DNA of 35,805 bases from a virus. Below, piece by piece: positions 16,097 through 23,389 of the stretch. Within the stretch, counting starts at the first letter, position 1. Each line of letters opens with the position of its first letter. The notes beneath the pieces are model-generated. The model searched no databases. It was not told the origin of the DNA and saw only the letters and a program-made list of their open reading frames with translations. Location of the stretch: positions 1-35,805 of IMG/VR virus record IMGVR_UViG_3300045988_027647. One strand, 5' to 3'. A program made the position numbers and the translations under genes.

Positions 16097-18467
16097 ATTT
16101 TGATTTTACGTTATTATCATATTCCGGCTCGTTTACATCTGTAATGGTCCGTTTGCCTACCCACGTTTTTACTACGTTACCCTTGTAATTACCGGCTAGT
16201 GTAATAGCCCCGATAACGGTTGTGTCCGCCTCGATACTAGCGTTATCCTTCATTACAAGAGCGCCGCGGCTAGCTGACGTTATCTGCCCGGTTGCCGTAA
16301 TTTTGGAATTGCCCGACATAACCACACCCGAACGTGTATTAGCTTTTCCTTCTATAACGGCGTTGTTCCCCATGATGAACGAAAGACTCATAATTGGTAC
16401 AGTCGACGACCCGATAAACTTGGCATTGCCCTCCATGTGAACAAGTGCACACGCCCCGGTTAATGCTGTTGGCGCGAATACCGCGTTGTCCTTCATGTGC
16501 ACCGTTCCGGTAGCGTCAAGGGCCGCCCAAACCGCCGGGTTGTAATACACTACGGAATTATCCCCGAAGTAGCCTGTTCCGGTAACGCCAGCATTAACGA
16601 GTGTAGCGTTATCCTCTACTCTGATATTGCCCTTCATGTTAACCGCTGTTGCGCCGGTGTTCATGATCTTACAACCGTTGTACACCGTTACGGTTACGCC
16701 TGCAAGGTCTGCGGGTGTAAGCCCGCCCCCTGATTCACGGTTGAATTGAATCATCGCATAAGGATGTTGCAATAAGGCAGCCTCTATTGTGCTTGTCCCG
16801 GTTTTCCACTGTGAATTTTGGGTGAACTTAAGATTTGCATCTAATATAACGTACATGTATCGCACACCGGCGGGGACATTTTCAACCTTAAGCCCGTTTG
16901 CGCCATTGATCCGTAACGGCACGTTCATGACGGTATTCGTTAACTGCTCCGATACAATGGTGGGTGGCGTGGTTGTAGTGTTAAAACCTCCTCGAACCGC
17001 ACGCGGCTGAACGTTCAGAACCTGCGCCAATGGATGGCTACGTACTTTGTTACCGAATACGTTCGTACCCGCGAAGTCAAACAGACCACTAAAATACGCA
17101 TCTTTGTAAATGGTTGTGCCATAAGCGCCTGCTGCGTTTGCCATGTTTAGAGACTTGACACTATCGTATGCTTCAATCAATGGACCCATAGCACCCGTTG
17201 CGGAAACCTGTCTGTACATTCCTTCTACCTCCGAGCTTACGAGAGGACGACCAGATACTATTTTACCCAAATCAGTTTGAGCCTTCGCAAAATCAATGTT
17301 CTTGTAAGTGTTGGCTATCTGCACGTGATGGTAGAATATACCGTTCGGAACGTTACAACCTTGGAAGATAAATGGCATGTTAGCCGTTTGGGCTGTTGCC
17401 AGTCCCGGAAAGATTGTAGGCGATACAGCGAAGTTATCACAGTCGGTAACTTGAATAATAGACCGCGCCGCTACGTTCCAGTTGTTAGTAACCCGCCCTG
17501 TAAACGTCAAGTTATTAACATTGCTATAAATCCCTACGCCCTGTGAATCGCCCGACGTCGCGTCAATGGTTACATTACACCCTATAAATTCGGAAATAAG
17601 ACGGATCGTCCGATTAGCCGTCGCGTGCCCGTTTATAGCTACTTTGGAGTTTCTAATCACGCTATCCGGGTAGGCTGCTCCGGGTGCGATTGAATACAAA
17701 CCGCCCGAACGAATGGAAACAGTACCCGTGCTAGTTACCGGGTTTATCTCAAGGCGTGAATCAGCCACTACCAGCTTTGTATCGTACAACGCCGTAAACG
17801 TGATTTGTGCGGCCGCCGCGTCTGCCGGCGTTATCGCTGATGCCGGGTCTTTCATTACGCGTATAACAAAATATTGGCATGCCCCAATAGTAAGGGTAAC
17901 GCCCTCCCCCGTATTAGCTGATGCCGTAGCGAATTGGGAAACCCCATCCCTGTCAAGTCTGAAAGCCTGGATATTGTACCCTGCCACATCGCATTTCAAA
18001 ATCATAGGGACACCGCCCGCAAATATAGGGCTTTTAGTCCTTATGCTGTTTGGGCTGCTTGTTTTCGTGTCCTCCCAATTAACGCCAGCGGCGTAATTAA
18101 ATCCGCCTTGTTCGAAATCGCCCTCCGACAATGTCATCCCGTCTACCGCCCCGGCGCCTACGGTGAAATTCACCTTAGAGCCAACTACGACGCTAGACCC
18201 TAGAATGTCTACGTTAGCCGATCCGTTTGCGTCGATAGCTGCTTCGGCTACGTCTACTATCGAATCCCCGCCGATGCGTGCGCCGGGAAAACCGAAGTTG
18301 CCCCTGAACAGCCAGCAAAGCCCGTCCTGCGATAATGTCTTCTCGTCGTACACGATGCCGCCCACGTCGCCAATATTGACGTAACGGCCGCCTACCGCCC
18401 ACGAACGAAGGGCACGTACTCTCTTGTTGCCCCCTACTGTGATAATCTCATACTTTTTTAAACCCAT
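16086..18467 (-). CDS. Tail fibre/spike-like protein with beta-helix-type repeats and CBM-like domain(s), 793 aa
   Basis: The N- and C-terminal regions are built from short repeats rich in G/N/V/I, for example VHMKDNAVF, VHMEGNAKF, IMGNNAVIEG, VMSGNSKITA and VMKDNASIEA. The central GDFEQGG...ITPADAAAAQITF segment is homologous to 13723-14067. Confidence 0.6.
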   Translation of the reverse strand: MGLKKYEIITVGGNKRVRALRSWAVGGRYVNIGDVGGIVYDEKTLSQDGLCWLFRGNFGFPGARIGGDSIVDVAEAAIDANGSANVDILGSSVVVGSKVNFTVGAGAVDGMTLSEGDFEQGGFNYAAGVNWEDTKTSSPNSIRTKSPIFAGGVPMILKCDVAGYNIQAFRLDRDGVSQFATASANTGEGVTLTIGACQYFVIRVMKDPASAITPADAAAAQITFTALYDTKLVVADSRLEINPVTSTGTVSIRSGGLYSIAPGAAYPDSVIRNSKVAINGHATANRTIRLISEFIGCNVTIDATSGDSQGVGIYSNVNNLTFTGRVTNNWNVAARSIIQVTDCDNFAVSPTIFPGLATAQTANMPFIFQGCNVPNGIFYHHVQIANTYKNIDFAKAQTDLGKIVSGRPLVSSEVEGMYRQVSATGAMGPLIEAYDSVKSLNMANAAGAYGTTIYKDAYFSGLFDFAGTNVFGNKVRSHPLAQVLNVQPRAVRGGFNTTTTPPTIVSEQLTNTVMNVPLRINGANGLKVENVPAGVRYMYVILDANLKFTQNSQWKTGTSTIEAALLQHPYAMIQFNRESGGGLTPADLAGVTVTVYNGCKIMNTGATAVNMKGNIRVEDNATLVNAGVTGTGYFGDNSVVYYNPAVWAALDATGTVHMKDNAVFAPTALTGACALVHMEGNAKFIGSSTVPIMSLSFIMGNNAVIEGKANTRSGVVMSGNSKITATGQITSASRGALVMKDNASIEADTTVIGAITLAGNYKGNVVKTWVGKRTITDVNEPEYDNNVKSKYDL

Positions 18468-18471
18468 AACG

Positions 18472-19152
18472 TTATGATTTATAATGTTTCTTCATCTCTG
18501 CCTTTTGTTTCTCGTTCTCTTCGTGCCGCTTCGATAGTGCTAGCATAGCGTCCAGGTAGTTGATCCGCTTCGCGTCCTCGAACGAACAAGCGAATAACTC
18601 CGCCGTAGCCTGCACAAGCGTTAACACGTTCTTTGCCTCCTTGATCGGATCGTCTTCCGGCGTGCTCCCTGCGTCAAATGGAAATAGACGTTTCTCTAGT
18701 CCGTCCGCCGTTTCGATCTGCTCCTTAATGTACTTCGTCGCACAAAGCAAATGATAGACATTGTCCGGCGCATACTCGGCTGGCTTGTGCTCGATAGGCG
18801 TACACCACTTCGTAACCTTTTCCGTTGCCGTCTCGCTCCTTCTCGCCTCGATAACCTGCCATAGTGTTACGTCCTCGATGCGCGGTATACGGTACACGAG
18901 CTTCCTGTCTTTTATAATAAAAGGGTCGGCCTTAGCGTACTCTGCCACCGCGTTAAGTGTCGCTGCTTGGTCAGAAGTTAGGCCGCCCTTGTAATTCGGA
19001 TGCAAGTTACAAATATATTCTAATTGTTTGCCGTTGTAATACCCACAAATTTTCCACCACAAGCGACGGAATATGTTTTTAATCTTTCCCCGCCAGTTGG
19101 TTTGCTCATTCAGGATCAACCACTCCACGCCATAAAACGCTGTTTTACTCAT
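18472..19152 (-). CDS. Hypothetical protein, 226 aa
   Basis: ORF track, with the start moved from TTG 19158 to ATG 19152 (MSKTAFYG...). No motif recognised. Confidence 0.55.
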   Translation of the reverse strand: MSKTAFYGVEWLILNEQTNWRGKIKNIFRRLWWKICGYYNGKQLEYICNLHPNYKGGLTSDQAATLNAVAEYAKADPFIIKDRKLVYRIPRIEDVTLWQVIEARRSETATEKVTKWCTPIEHKPAEYAPDNVYHLLCATKYIKEQIETADGLEKRLFPFDAGSTPEDDPIKEAKNVLTLVQATAELFACSFEDAKRINYLDAMLALSKRHEENEKQKAEMKKHYKS

Positions 19153-19303
19153 ATTCAATCAGTTCTAGTTCTTCGTAATAATACCACTCCTCAACGTTCG
19201 ATCCGTCCCATTGCACGACCACGCCTAACACGTCGGCCTCTGTAACCGTCCCGGTGTTCCCGGCGTAATCGTATTTAATGCGTACTCGATCGTCTACTCT
19301 CAT
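19145..19303 (-). CDS. Possible small protein, 52 aa
   Basis: Hand translation gives MRVDDRVRIKYDYAGNTGTVTEADVLGVVVQWDGSNVEEWYYYEELELIEYE. It fills the gap between terL and the next gene, and its stop overlaps the next ATG. It is below the track cutoff. Confidence 0.35.
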   Translation of the reverse strand: MRVDDRVRIKYDYAGNTGTVTEADVLGVVVQWDGSNVEEWYYYEELELIEYE

Positions 19304-19312
19304 GCTGCAAAT

Positions 19313-20485
19313 CTAATCATTATTTGCGTATCTCGGGCGGTATTTACGTATAAGATAGTCAACGCCGTAGCGCACCGCATCCAATGCGTGGTTGTAAGCG
19401 TCTACCGGCTCGTTGGTGTAAGTGTCGGTTAGGTTGTCCTTGACGTAGGTATAATTGTCTGCCTCATCCAGTACGTTAGTGCTACGCTTCGTTACGAACA
19501 GGTTGAACTGCTTCACCTGCTGTATGCCCGCACGGATAGAGCCTTTCCCCTTGATGCACGGGATCGTGTTACAGCCTAGGCCGCGTAACTCTATAATAGA
19601 CTTCTGTTCTGCGTTGTCGCATACCGTAATGGTACGGTCCAGTCTTTCCGCCTTAAGCCGCTCGGCGATCGTTCGGTTTAACATTTTCGTCTCGTAGCAC
19701 ACTTCATCTATATACAGGTTCATGCCCCGCATGTAGATTTTGACGATAGCGGTCGGGTCGTTCTGAAAGCCGAAATCAAGCCCCGTAACGAACTTAACGT
19801 CCTCGCCCGTTAAATCCTCCGGGAGATTGTCGATCGTCTCAATTTGGGGATATACGAGGCCTTCTAGCCCACCAGTCAGTCCTTCACCGTAGACGCGCCA
19901 CCAATTAGCGTCTTTGGCGTTTCGTTCGATCGCCTCTACTTGTTGCTTGGATAAGTACGGGTTGTCCTTATAGGTCGAGTGGATCGTTACGTACTTGTCG
20001 CCTGTGAAGTCCGTCTCGCCCCAGAAGCGCCGCACCGGGTTGAAGTCAATGATAACCTTGATCGTGGTACGCACGTCCAACTGCCTGAATATCTCGCGGG
20101 GCACGCGTTGCGCCTCGTTGATGAAAAGAATGTCACGCGCCGGGCCGTGTACCTTTGACGCGTTGTCGCACCCGAAGAACTCGATGCAGACCCCTGGCTT
20201 CACCGTGTAGATCAGATCAGACTTGTTGAGGGCGTTGTCGTCCCACACCCCTTCGTCCAGCAACATATTCTGAAAGTCACGGAACATACCGCGCTTCACG
20301 GCTGGGAGCGTGTCGGTAACGCATGAGATCATAAGAGGCTCGGTGCTTTCGTTAGCAACCAAATAGAGGAGCTGTAACACACTCCACGTCTTAGATGAAC
20401 GCGTACCGCCCTTGCTTGCTATACCTCTTATATAGGGGTCGCAAAACGGTCCTATCATCTTATTGAATACATAGGTACAATTCAT
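19313..20485 (-). CDS. terL: Terminase large subunit, 390 aa
   Basis: Walker A-like SKGGTRSSKTWS, Walker B ILFINEAQ, and the nuclease-domain motifs GLDFGFQNDPTA and HALDAVRYG. It has a TAATG overlap with the upstream small-subunit candidate. Confidence 0.85.
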   Translation of the reverse strand: MNCTYVFNKMIGPFCDPYIRGIASKGGTRSSKTWSVLQLLYLVANESTEPLMISCVTDTLPAVKRGMFRDFQNMLLDEGVWDDNALNKSDLIYTVKPGVCIEFFGCDNASKVHGPARDILFINEAQRVPREIFRQLDVRTTIKVIIDFNPVRRFWGETDFTGDKYVTIHSTYKDNPYLSKQQVEAIERNAKDANWWRVYGEGLTGGLEGLVYPQIETIDNLPEDLTGEDVKFVTGLDFGFQNDPTAIVKIYMRGMNLYIDEVCYETKMLNRTIAERLKAERLDRTITVCDNAEQKSIIELRGLGCNTIPCIKGKGSIRAGIQQVKQFNLFVTKRSTNVLDEADNYTYVKDNLTDTYTNEPVDAYNHALDAVRYGVDYLIRKYRPRYANND

Positions 20486-21174
20486 TACTTATCCTCCTCT
20501 TTATGATCCTTCTTGAAGTTCTTAATTGAACTAACCTTCGCACGCACTTTCGGATCGGTCACGTTCACAGTCAAGCCGCCCTTGATGGCTTCGCCGTTGG
20601 ACGTGTAGTCCATTTGCGTTTTAATGCCCCGTAGCGCACGAACGTAGTTGGCGTCAAACTGTCCCACCGTCGCACCTTGATCGAGGTCCTGCGCGATGGC
20701 TTCGCGTATCCTATCAATCACCGCTATGAAATCCGCACATATCGTTAGATCGAACTCCTTGAGGTTCTCGGCGTATGTAGCGCGGCGGTTGTGCAAATAG
20801 TTGACGTTAGCCCCCAGGAACATGCAGAACTCTCCCTCCGATTGAAGGTGCTTCTTTGGCACTTCATAGAGCGTCCCAGCCATGTTTCCGGACTTGACGG
20901 CCTCCTGTGTTATAACGGGCGTAGCTTCGCACCAAGCCGAGTAAATCGCGTAGGCTTCCCAAAGTTCTTGAGGCTCCTGCCATATCGGTGTCATACCGTA
21001 ATGCGCCGTAGCGACCTGGTAACACTTGGTGTAATTGAACGAATCTGCCAAATAGCGGGTCGTCGCGTATGTGGGAGCCAATTGGAAGTGGGCGTAATCC
21101 GGCCTAACCTTTTCGACTTTTGGCAGCTGTACCGCTTCCTTCGTTTCTATAATTTCTTTCTTCTTTGTAGCCAT
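20485..21174 (-). CDS. Terminase small subunit candidate, 229 aa
   Basis: It lies immediately upstream of terL and is translationally coupled to it. The central region (FCMFLGANVNYLHNRR...) resembles the HTH of gp3-type packaging proteins. The start is moved to ATG 21174 (MATKKKEIIE) because the track start at 21249 runs through the promoter region. Confidence 0.55.
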   Translation of the reverse strand: MATKKKEIIETKEAVQLPKVEKVRPDYAHFQLAPTYATTRYLADSFNYTKCYQVATAHYGMTPIWQEPQELWEAYAIYSAWCEATPVITQEAVKSGNMAGTLYEVPKKHLQSEGEFCMFLGANVNYLHNRRATYAENLKEFDLTICADFIAVIDRIREAIAQDLDQGATVGQFDANYVRALRGIKTQMDYTSNGEAIKGGLTVNVTDPKVRAKVSSIKNFKKDHKEEDK

Positions 21175-21196
21175 ATAATTTTTATTTACAACTCTA

Positions 21197-21237
21197 CAAA
21201 AATACGCTTTTTCCGCCCAAATCGCCATCTTTCCACC
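21197..21237 (-). promoter_or_regulatory. Late promoter candidate: -7 TATTTTTG with a GGTGGAAAGATG box in place of the -33 element
   Basis: On the minus strand, TATTTTTG (21204-21197) lies 22 nt upstream of the terS ATG. The -33 position holds GGTGGAAAGATGG (21237-21226) rather than TTTG. The only TTTG present is 13 nt away, which is too close. Confidence 0.4.
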
Positions 21238-21294
21238 TACCAAAAACATCTTTCCGCCCCAAAACCCCGATGAACAGGGCGTTTCAGCCCAAGT

Positions 21295-21534
21295 GTCAAA
21301 GATGGAAAGATGGAAAGACGTTTTCCTATTAGATTAAAAATAAAAAATATCATAATTTTATTATTATTTTTATACAATAGTATATTTATGTTAACTATAT
21401 TATTACTTTCTATTCTCCCCTCCACTAGTATCTATCTTTCCATCTTTGACAAATACACTATATTACAGTATAAAGTACTATAAATAAGCAAGTTAGGTGT
21501 CAAAGATACAAATTTTAATCATTGACATCAAAAA
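21295..21534. repeat. Intergenic module copy B (homologous to 1212-1447), with perfect 17-bp inverted arms
   Basis: The arms gtcaaagatggaaagat (21295-21311) and atctttccatctttgac (21434-21450) are exact reverse complements. They enclose a very AT-rich 122-nt core. The right flank aligns with copy A. Confidence 0.8.
21499..21533 (-). promoter_or_regulatory. Promoter-like element overlapped by the palindrome GTCAAAGAT-N10-ATCATTGAC
   Basis: Minus strand: TTTG (21533-21530), 21 nt, TATCTTTG (21508-21501). The inverted arms lie at 21499-21507 and 21518-21526 with one mismatch. This is a duplicate of 1411-1445. Confidence 0.45.
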
Positions 21535-21710
21535 CTTGAAAAGTGCGTTCTGCGTCTTGTGGAGCTGATCGGGTGTCAATGATGAAATTGGGTTGTCAAA
21601 GATGTTTTCACTACTTTTTTGTCAAAAACAAGCTTTTTAGTCAAAATACCGTTAAAATCAAGCTTTTTTCTTTTAAAGTTTTCTCTCACAAAGTTTTTTG
21701 AGAAGTGCAT

Positions 21711-21770
21711 CAAAAGCGTGTTAACGGTTTTAACACAAAAAGGGGTTAACGTTTTTATACATTAACCCCT
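21711..21770 (-). terminator. Tandem Rho-independent terminators ending the early operon
   Basis: The minus-strand RNA begins 7 nt after the stop at 21777. It reads AGGGGUUAA-12 nt-UUAACCCCU followed by UUUU, then GUGUUAA-AACCG-UUAACAC followed by GCUUUUG. Confidence 0.65.
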
Positions 21771-21776
21771 CAATCC

Positions 21777-22316
21777 TTATATAACCAACCCGTATAAAAC
21801 CTCCCAGTCGTCTAAAATTTCTTTACATTTCCATTTCTCCGCCCTTTCTATGTTTTCCCATCTCAAGGTACGGTGGTTCAACTTGTCTAGCGTCCTGCTA
21901 CCGTCGCAATACATATTAACCCTGTACAGCATTGAAACCTCTATGCCATATTTGTTCGTCTCGGTGTCTTTGCTCGTGTAGATCGGCCGCTCTATATCGT
22001 CATTCTCATAAGGCCCCACGCGCTTCTTGTCCTTGTCACGGTACAGCATATTCTCTACTGTTGGTATGCGTTCTGGATCGGTCCGGGTGTTCCTGTAGTC
22101 CCGTACTTTACTAGCCGCATATATTATGTCACGGATCGCCTCGCAGAATATCTCGGCGTTTACGGCGTGAAACGGTTTGCCCTTCACTTTGGCGTACTTC
22201 ACACCGTTCGCCTCAAACCAGTTGAAGATGAAAAACGCGTGGAGATTATAAACTCGTGCCATATCTTCGATAAGCAACACTTTTCTCTGTTTTTTCTTAA
22301 TATATGGTGTCGGCAT
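21777..22316 (-). CDS. Hypothetical protein with an N-terminal HTH-like segment, 179 aa (last gene of the early operon; candidate late regulator)
   Basis: The N-terminus VLLIEDMARVYNLHAFFIFNWFEANGVKYAKVKGKPF resembles an excisionase-type HTH. Its position directly before the terminators and the late control region suggests a regulatory role. The function is inferred only. Confidence 0.5.
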   Translation of the reverse strand: MPTPYIKKKQRKVLLIEDMARVYNLHAFFIFNWFEANGVKYAKVKGKPFHAVNAEIFCEAIRDIIYAASKVRDYRNTRTDPERIPTVENMLYRDKDKKRVGPYENDDIERPIYTSKDTETNKYGIEVSMLYRVNMYCDGSRTLDKLNHRTLRWENIERAEKWKCKEILDDWEVLYGLVI

Positions 22317-22317
22317 A

Positions 22318-22419
22318 CTATAAATTATTTAAGATACATACTAAAATACAACCAAGCGCGATCCCCGCCACTATCGCCAGGACCATTTGTCCCAGCCATT
22401 TCATAAATTCCTTCATCAT
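22318..22419 (-). CDS. Possible small single-pass membrane protein, 33 aa
   Basis: Hand translation gives MMKEFMKWLGQMVLAIVAGIALGCILVCILNNL. It has an ATGA overlap with the upstream stop and ends 1 nt before the next ATG, so it fills the gap exactly. Confidence 0.4.
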   Translation of the reverse strand: MMKEFMKWLGQMVLAIVAGIALGCILVCILNNL

Positions 22420-22703
22420 AGCTTCAATGCTTCTTTAAGTTCACCGATCAAACGCAACGCCTCAATTCTCGATAAGTCCACCCGGCGTTGCGGCTCGCTC
22501 TTCCGGTAAATCGTGATCGTCGTAATCTCTTTAGCCGTACGCGGCACACGCTCGGCGTAAACCTCCACTTTATCGGGCGCGACCTTTGTAATACGTTCGT
22601 ACTGCGGTTTACCCTCTTTCCCTAGGGCTGTCTTAAAACGGCCCGTTGCTTTCTGCATTTCTTCTATTTCTCTCATTTCGAATAAATAATTCATATTTTC
22701 CAT
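22416..22703 (-). CDS. Hypothetical early protein, 95 aa
   Basis: ORF track. No motif recognised. Confidence 0.55.
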   Translation of the reverse strand: MENMNYLFEMREIEEMQKATGRFKTALGKEGKPQYERITKVAPDKVEVYAERVPRTAKEITTITIYRKSEPQRRVDLSRIEALRLIGELKEALKL

Positions 22704-22709
22704 AACTGT

Positions 22710-23189
22710 TTAAATTAAACTAATTAATAACCTTATTAAATAATTCAGCCCTACCACCACCATAACGCCGTGTCCGATCGCCCCGCCAACCGCGGTTAGA
22801 AGGAAATCTACAAAGTCGGCCTTCCCGCCGTATAAGTGATCCTTTACTTCCATCCCTAGCCCTACGCCCGTAGTGAACGGAGCGCCACATACCGCGCCTA
22901 GCGGGATCGCGAATAGGAAATGCTTCCAGCGGTTCGACGCTTTCCACCAATCGGCTATCTTCTCGTACCATTTCAAACCTACCACCTCGACGGCTAACTT
23001 GCTGGAGAACGGCACGAACTCACCCTCGGTGTCCTTAATTGCGAAGTACTCGGTCTTTCCGTCTAGCGGTCTATATGCGTTCACCATAATGCCATGTACG
23101 GGCAATTCGCCTAAATACTCGAAGCGTTTATCACTCCCGCCATCACTCATTAATACTATGTCACCTTTCTTGTAATTTGTTGTTTTCAT
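22710..23189 (-). CDS. Hypothetical membrane protein with a Gly-zipper-like C-terminal half, 159 aa
   Basis: Soluble N-terminal half. The C-terminal segments FLFAIPLGAVCGAPFTTGVGLGM and FLLTAVGGAIGHGVMVVVGL are hydrophobic and Gly-rich. It has an ATGA overlap with the upstream gene. Confidence 0.6.
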   Translation of the reverse strand: MKTTNYKKGDIVLMSDGGSDKRFEYLGELPVHGIMVNAYRPLDGKTEYFAIKDTEGEFVPFSSKLAVEVVGLKWYEKIADWWKASNRWKHFLFAIPLGAVCGAPFTTGVGLGMEVKDHLYGGKADFVDFLLTAVGGAIGHGVMVVVGLNYLIRLLISLI

Positions 23190-23389
23190 ACCTTCTTAAA
23201 TATTATGTTACTACTGTCTATTACATCTACACATACCCAACCTCTAGGACATTCGCACGGCTCGCCGCGCTTGTTGAACACGCACCCGGCGCATAGCCCG
23301 CCTTTCGCCTGTAACTCGGCTACGTATGTTACGCCTTCGTGTTCGGCCTGTTGGCCGGGTTCGAAAAATATAAGCTTAACTTTTTTCAT
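23186..23389 (-). CDS. Small 4-Cys protein, 67 aa (paralog of 24743-24961)
   Basis: It shares the pattern G-x-TY-x-A-x-(E/L)...C-x-GC-x-F...C...C-V-x-V...(N)(I/V)IFK with the other copy. ATGA overlaps occur on both sides. Confidence 0.6.
   Translation of the reverse strand: MKKVKLIFFEPGQQAEHEGVTYVAELQAKGGLCAGCVFNKRGEPCECPRGWVCVDVIDSSNIIFKKV

Noticed and set aside
21237-21425. A 62-aa minus-strand ORF (GTG start) running through the AT-rich core of module B and the late promoter.
   Set aside because: Its composition is low-complexity and AT-driven (NNIVNINILLYKNNNKIMIFFIF). It crosses the inverted arm and the promoter boxes, and the homologous core in module A has no equivalent ORF.
21295-21450. 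An invertible promoter (Bacteroides-style inverton) flanked by the 17-bp inverted repeats.
   Set aside because: Neither AT-rich core contains a TAnnTTTG/-33 promoter on either strand, and the genome encodes no serine or tyrosine recombinase. Inversion by a host enzyme cannot be excluded, but nothing in the sequence supports it.
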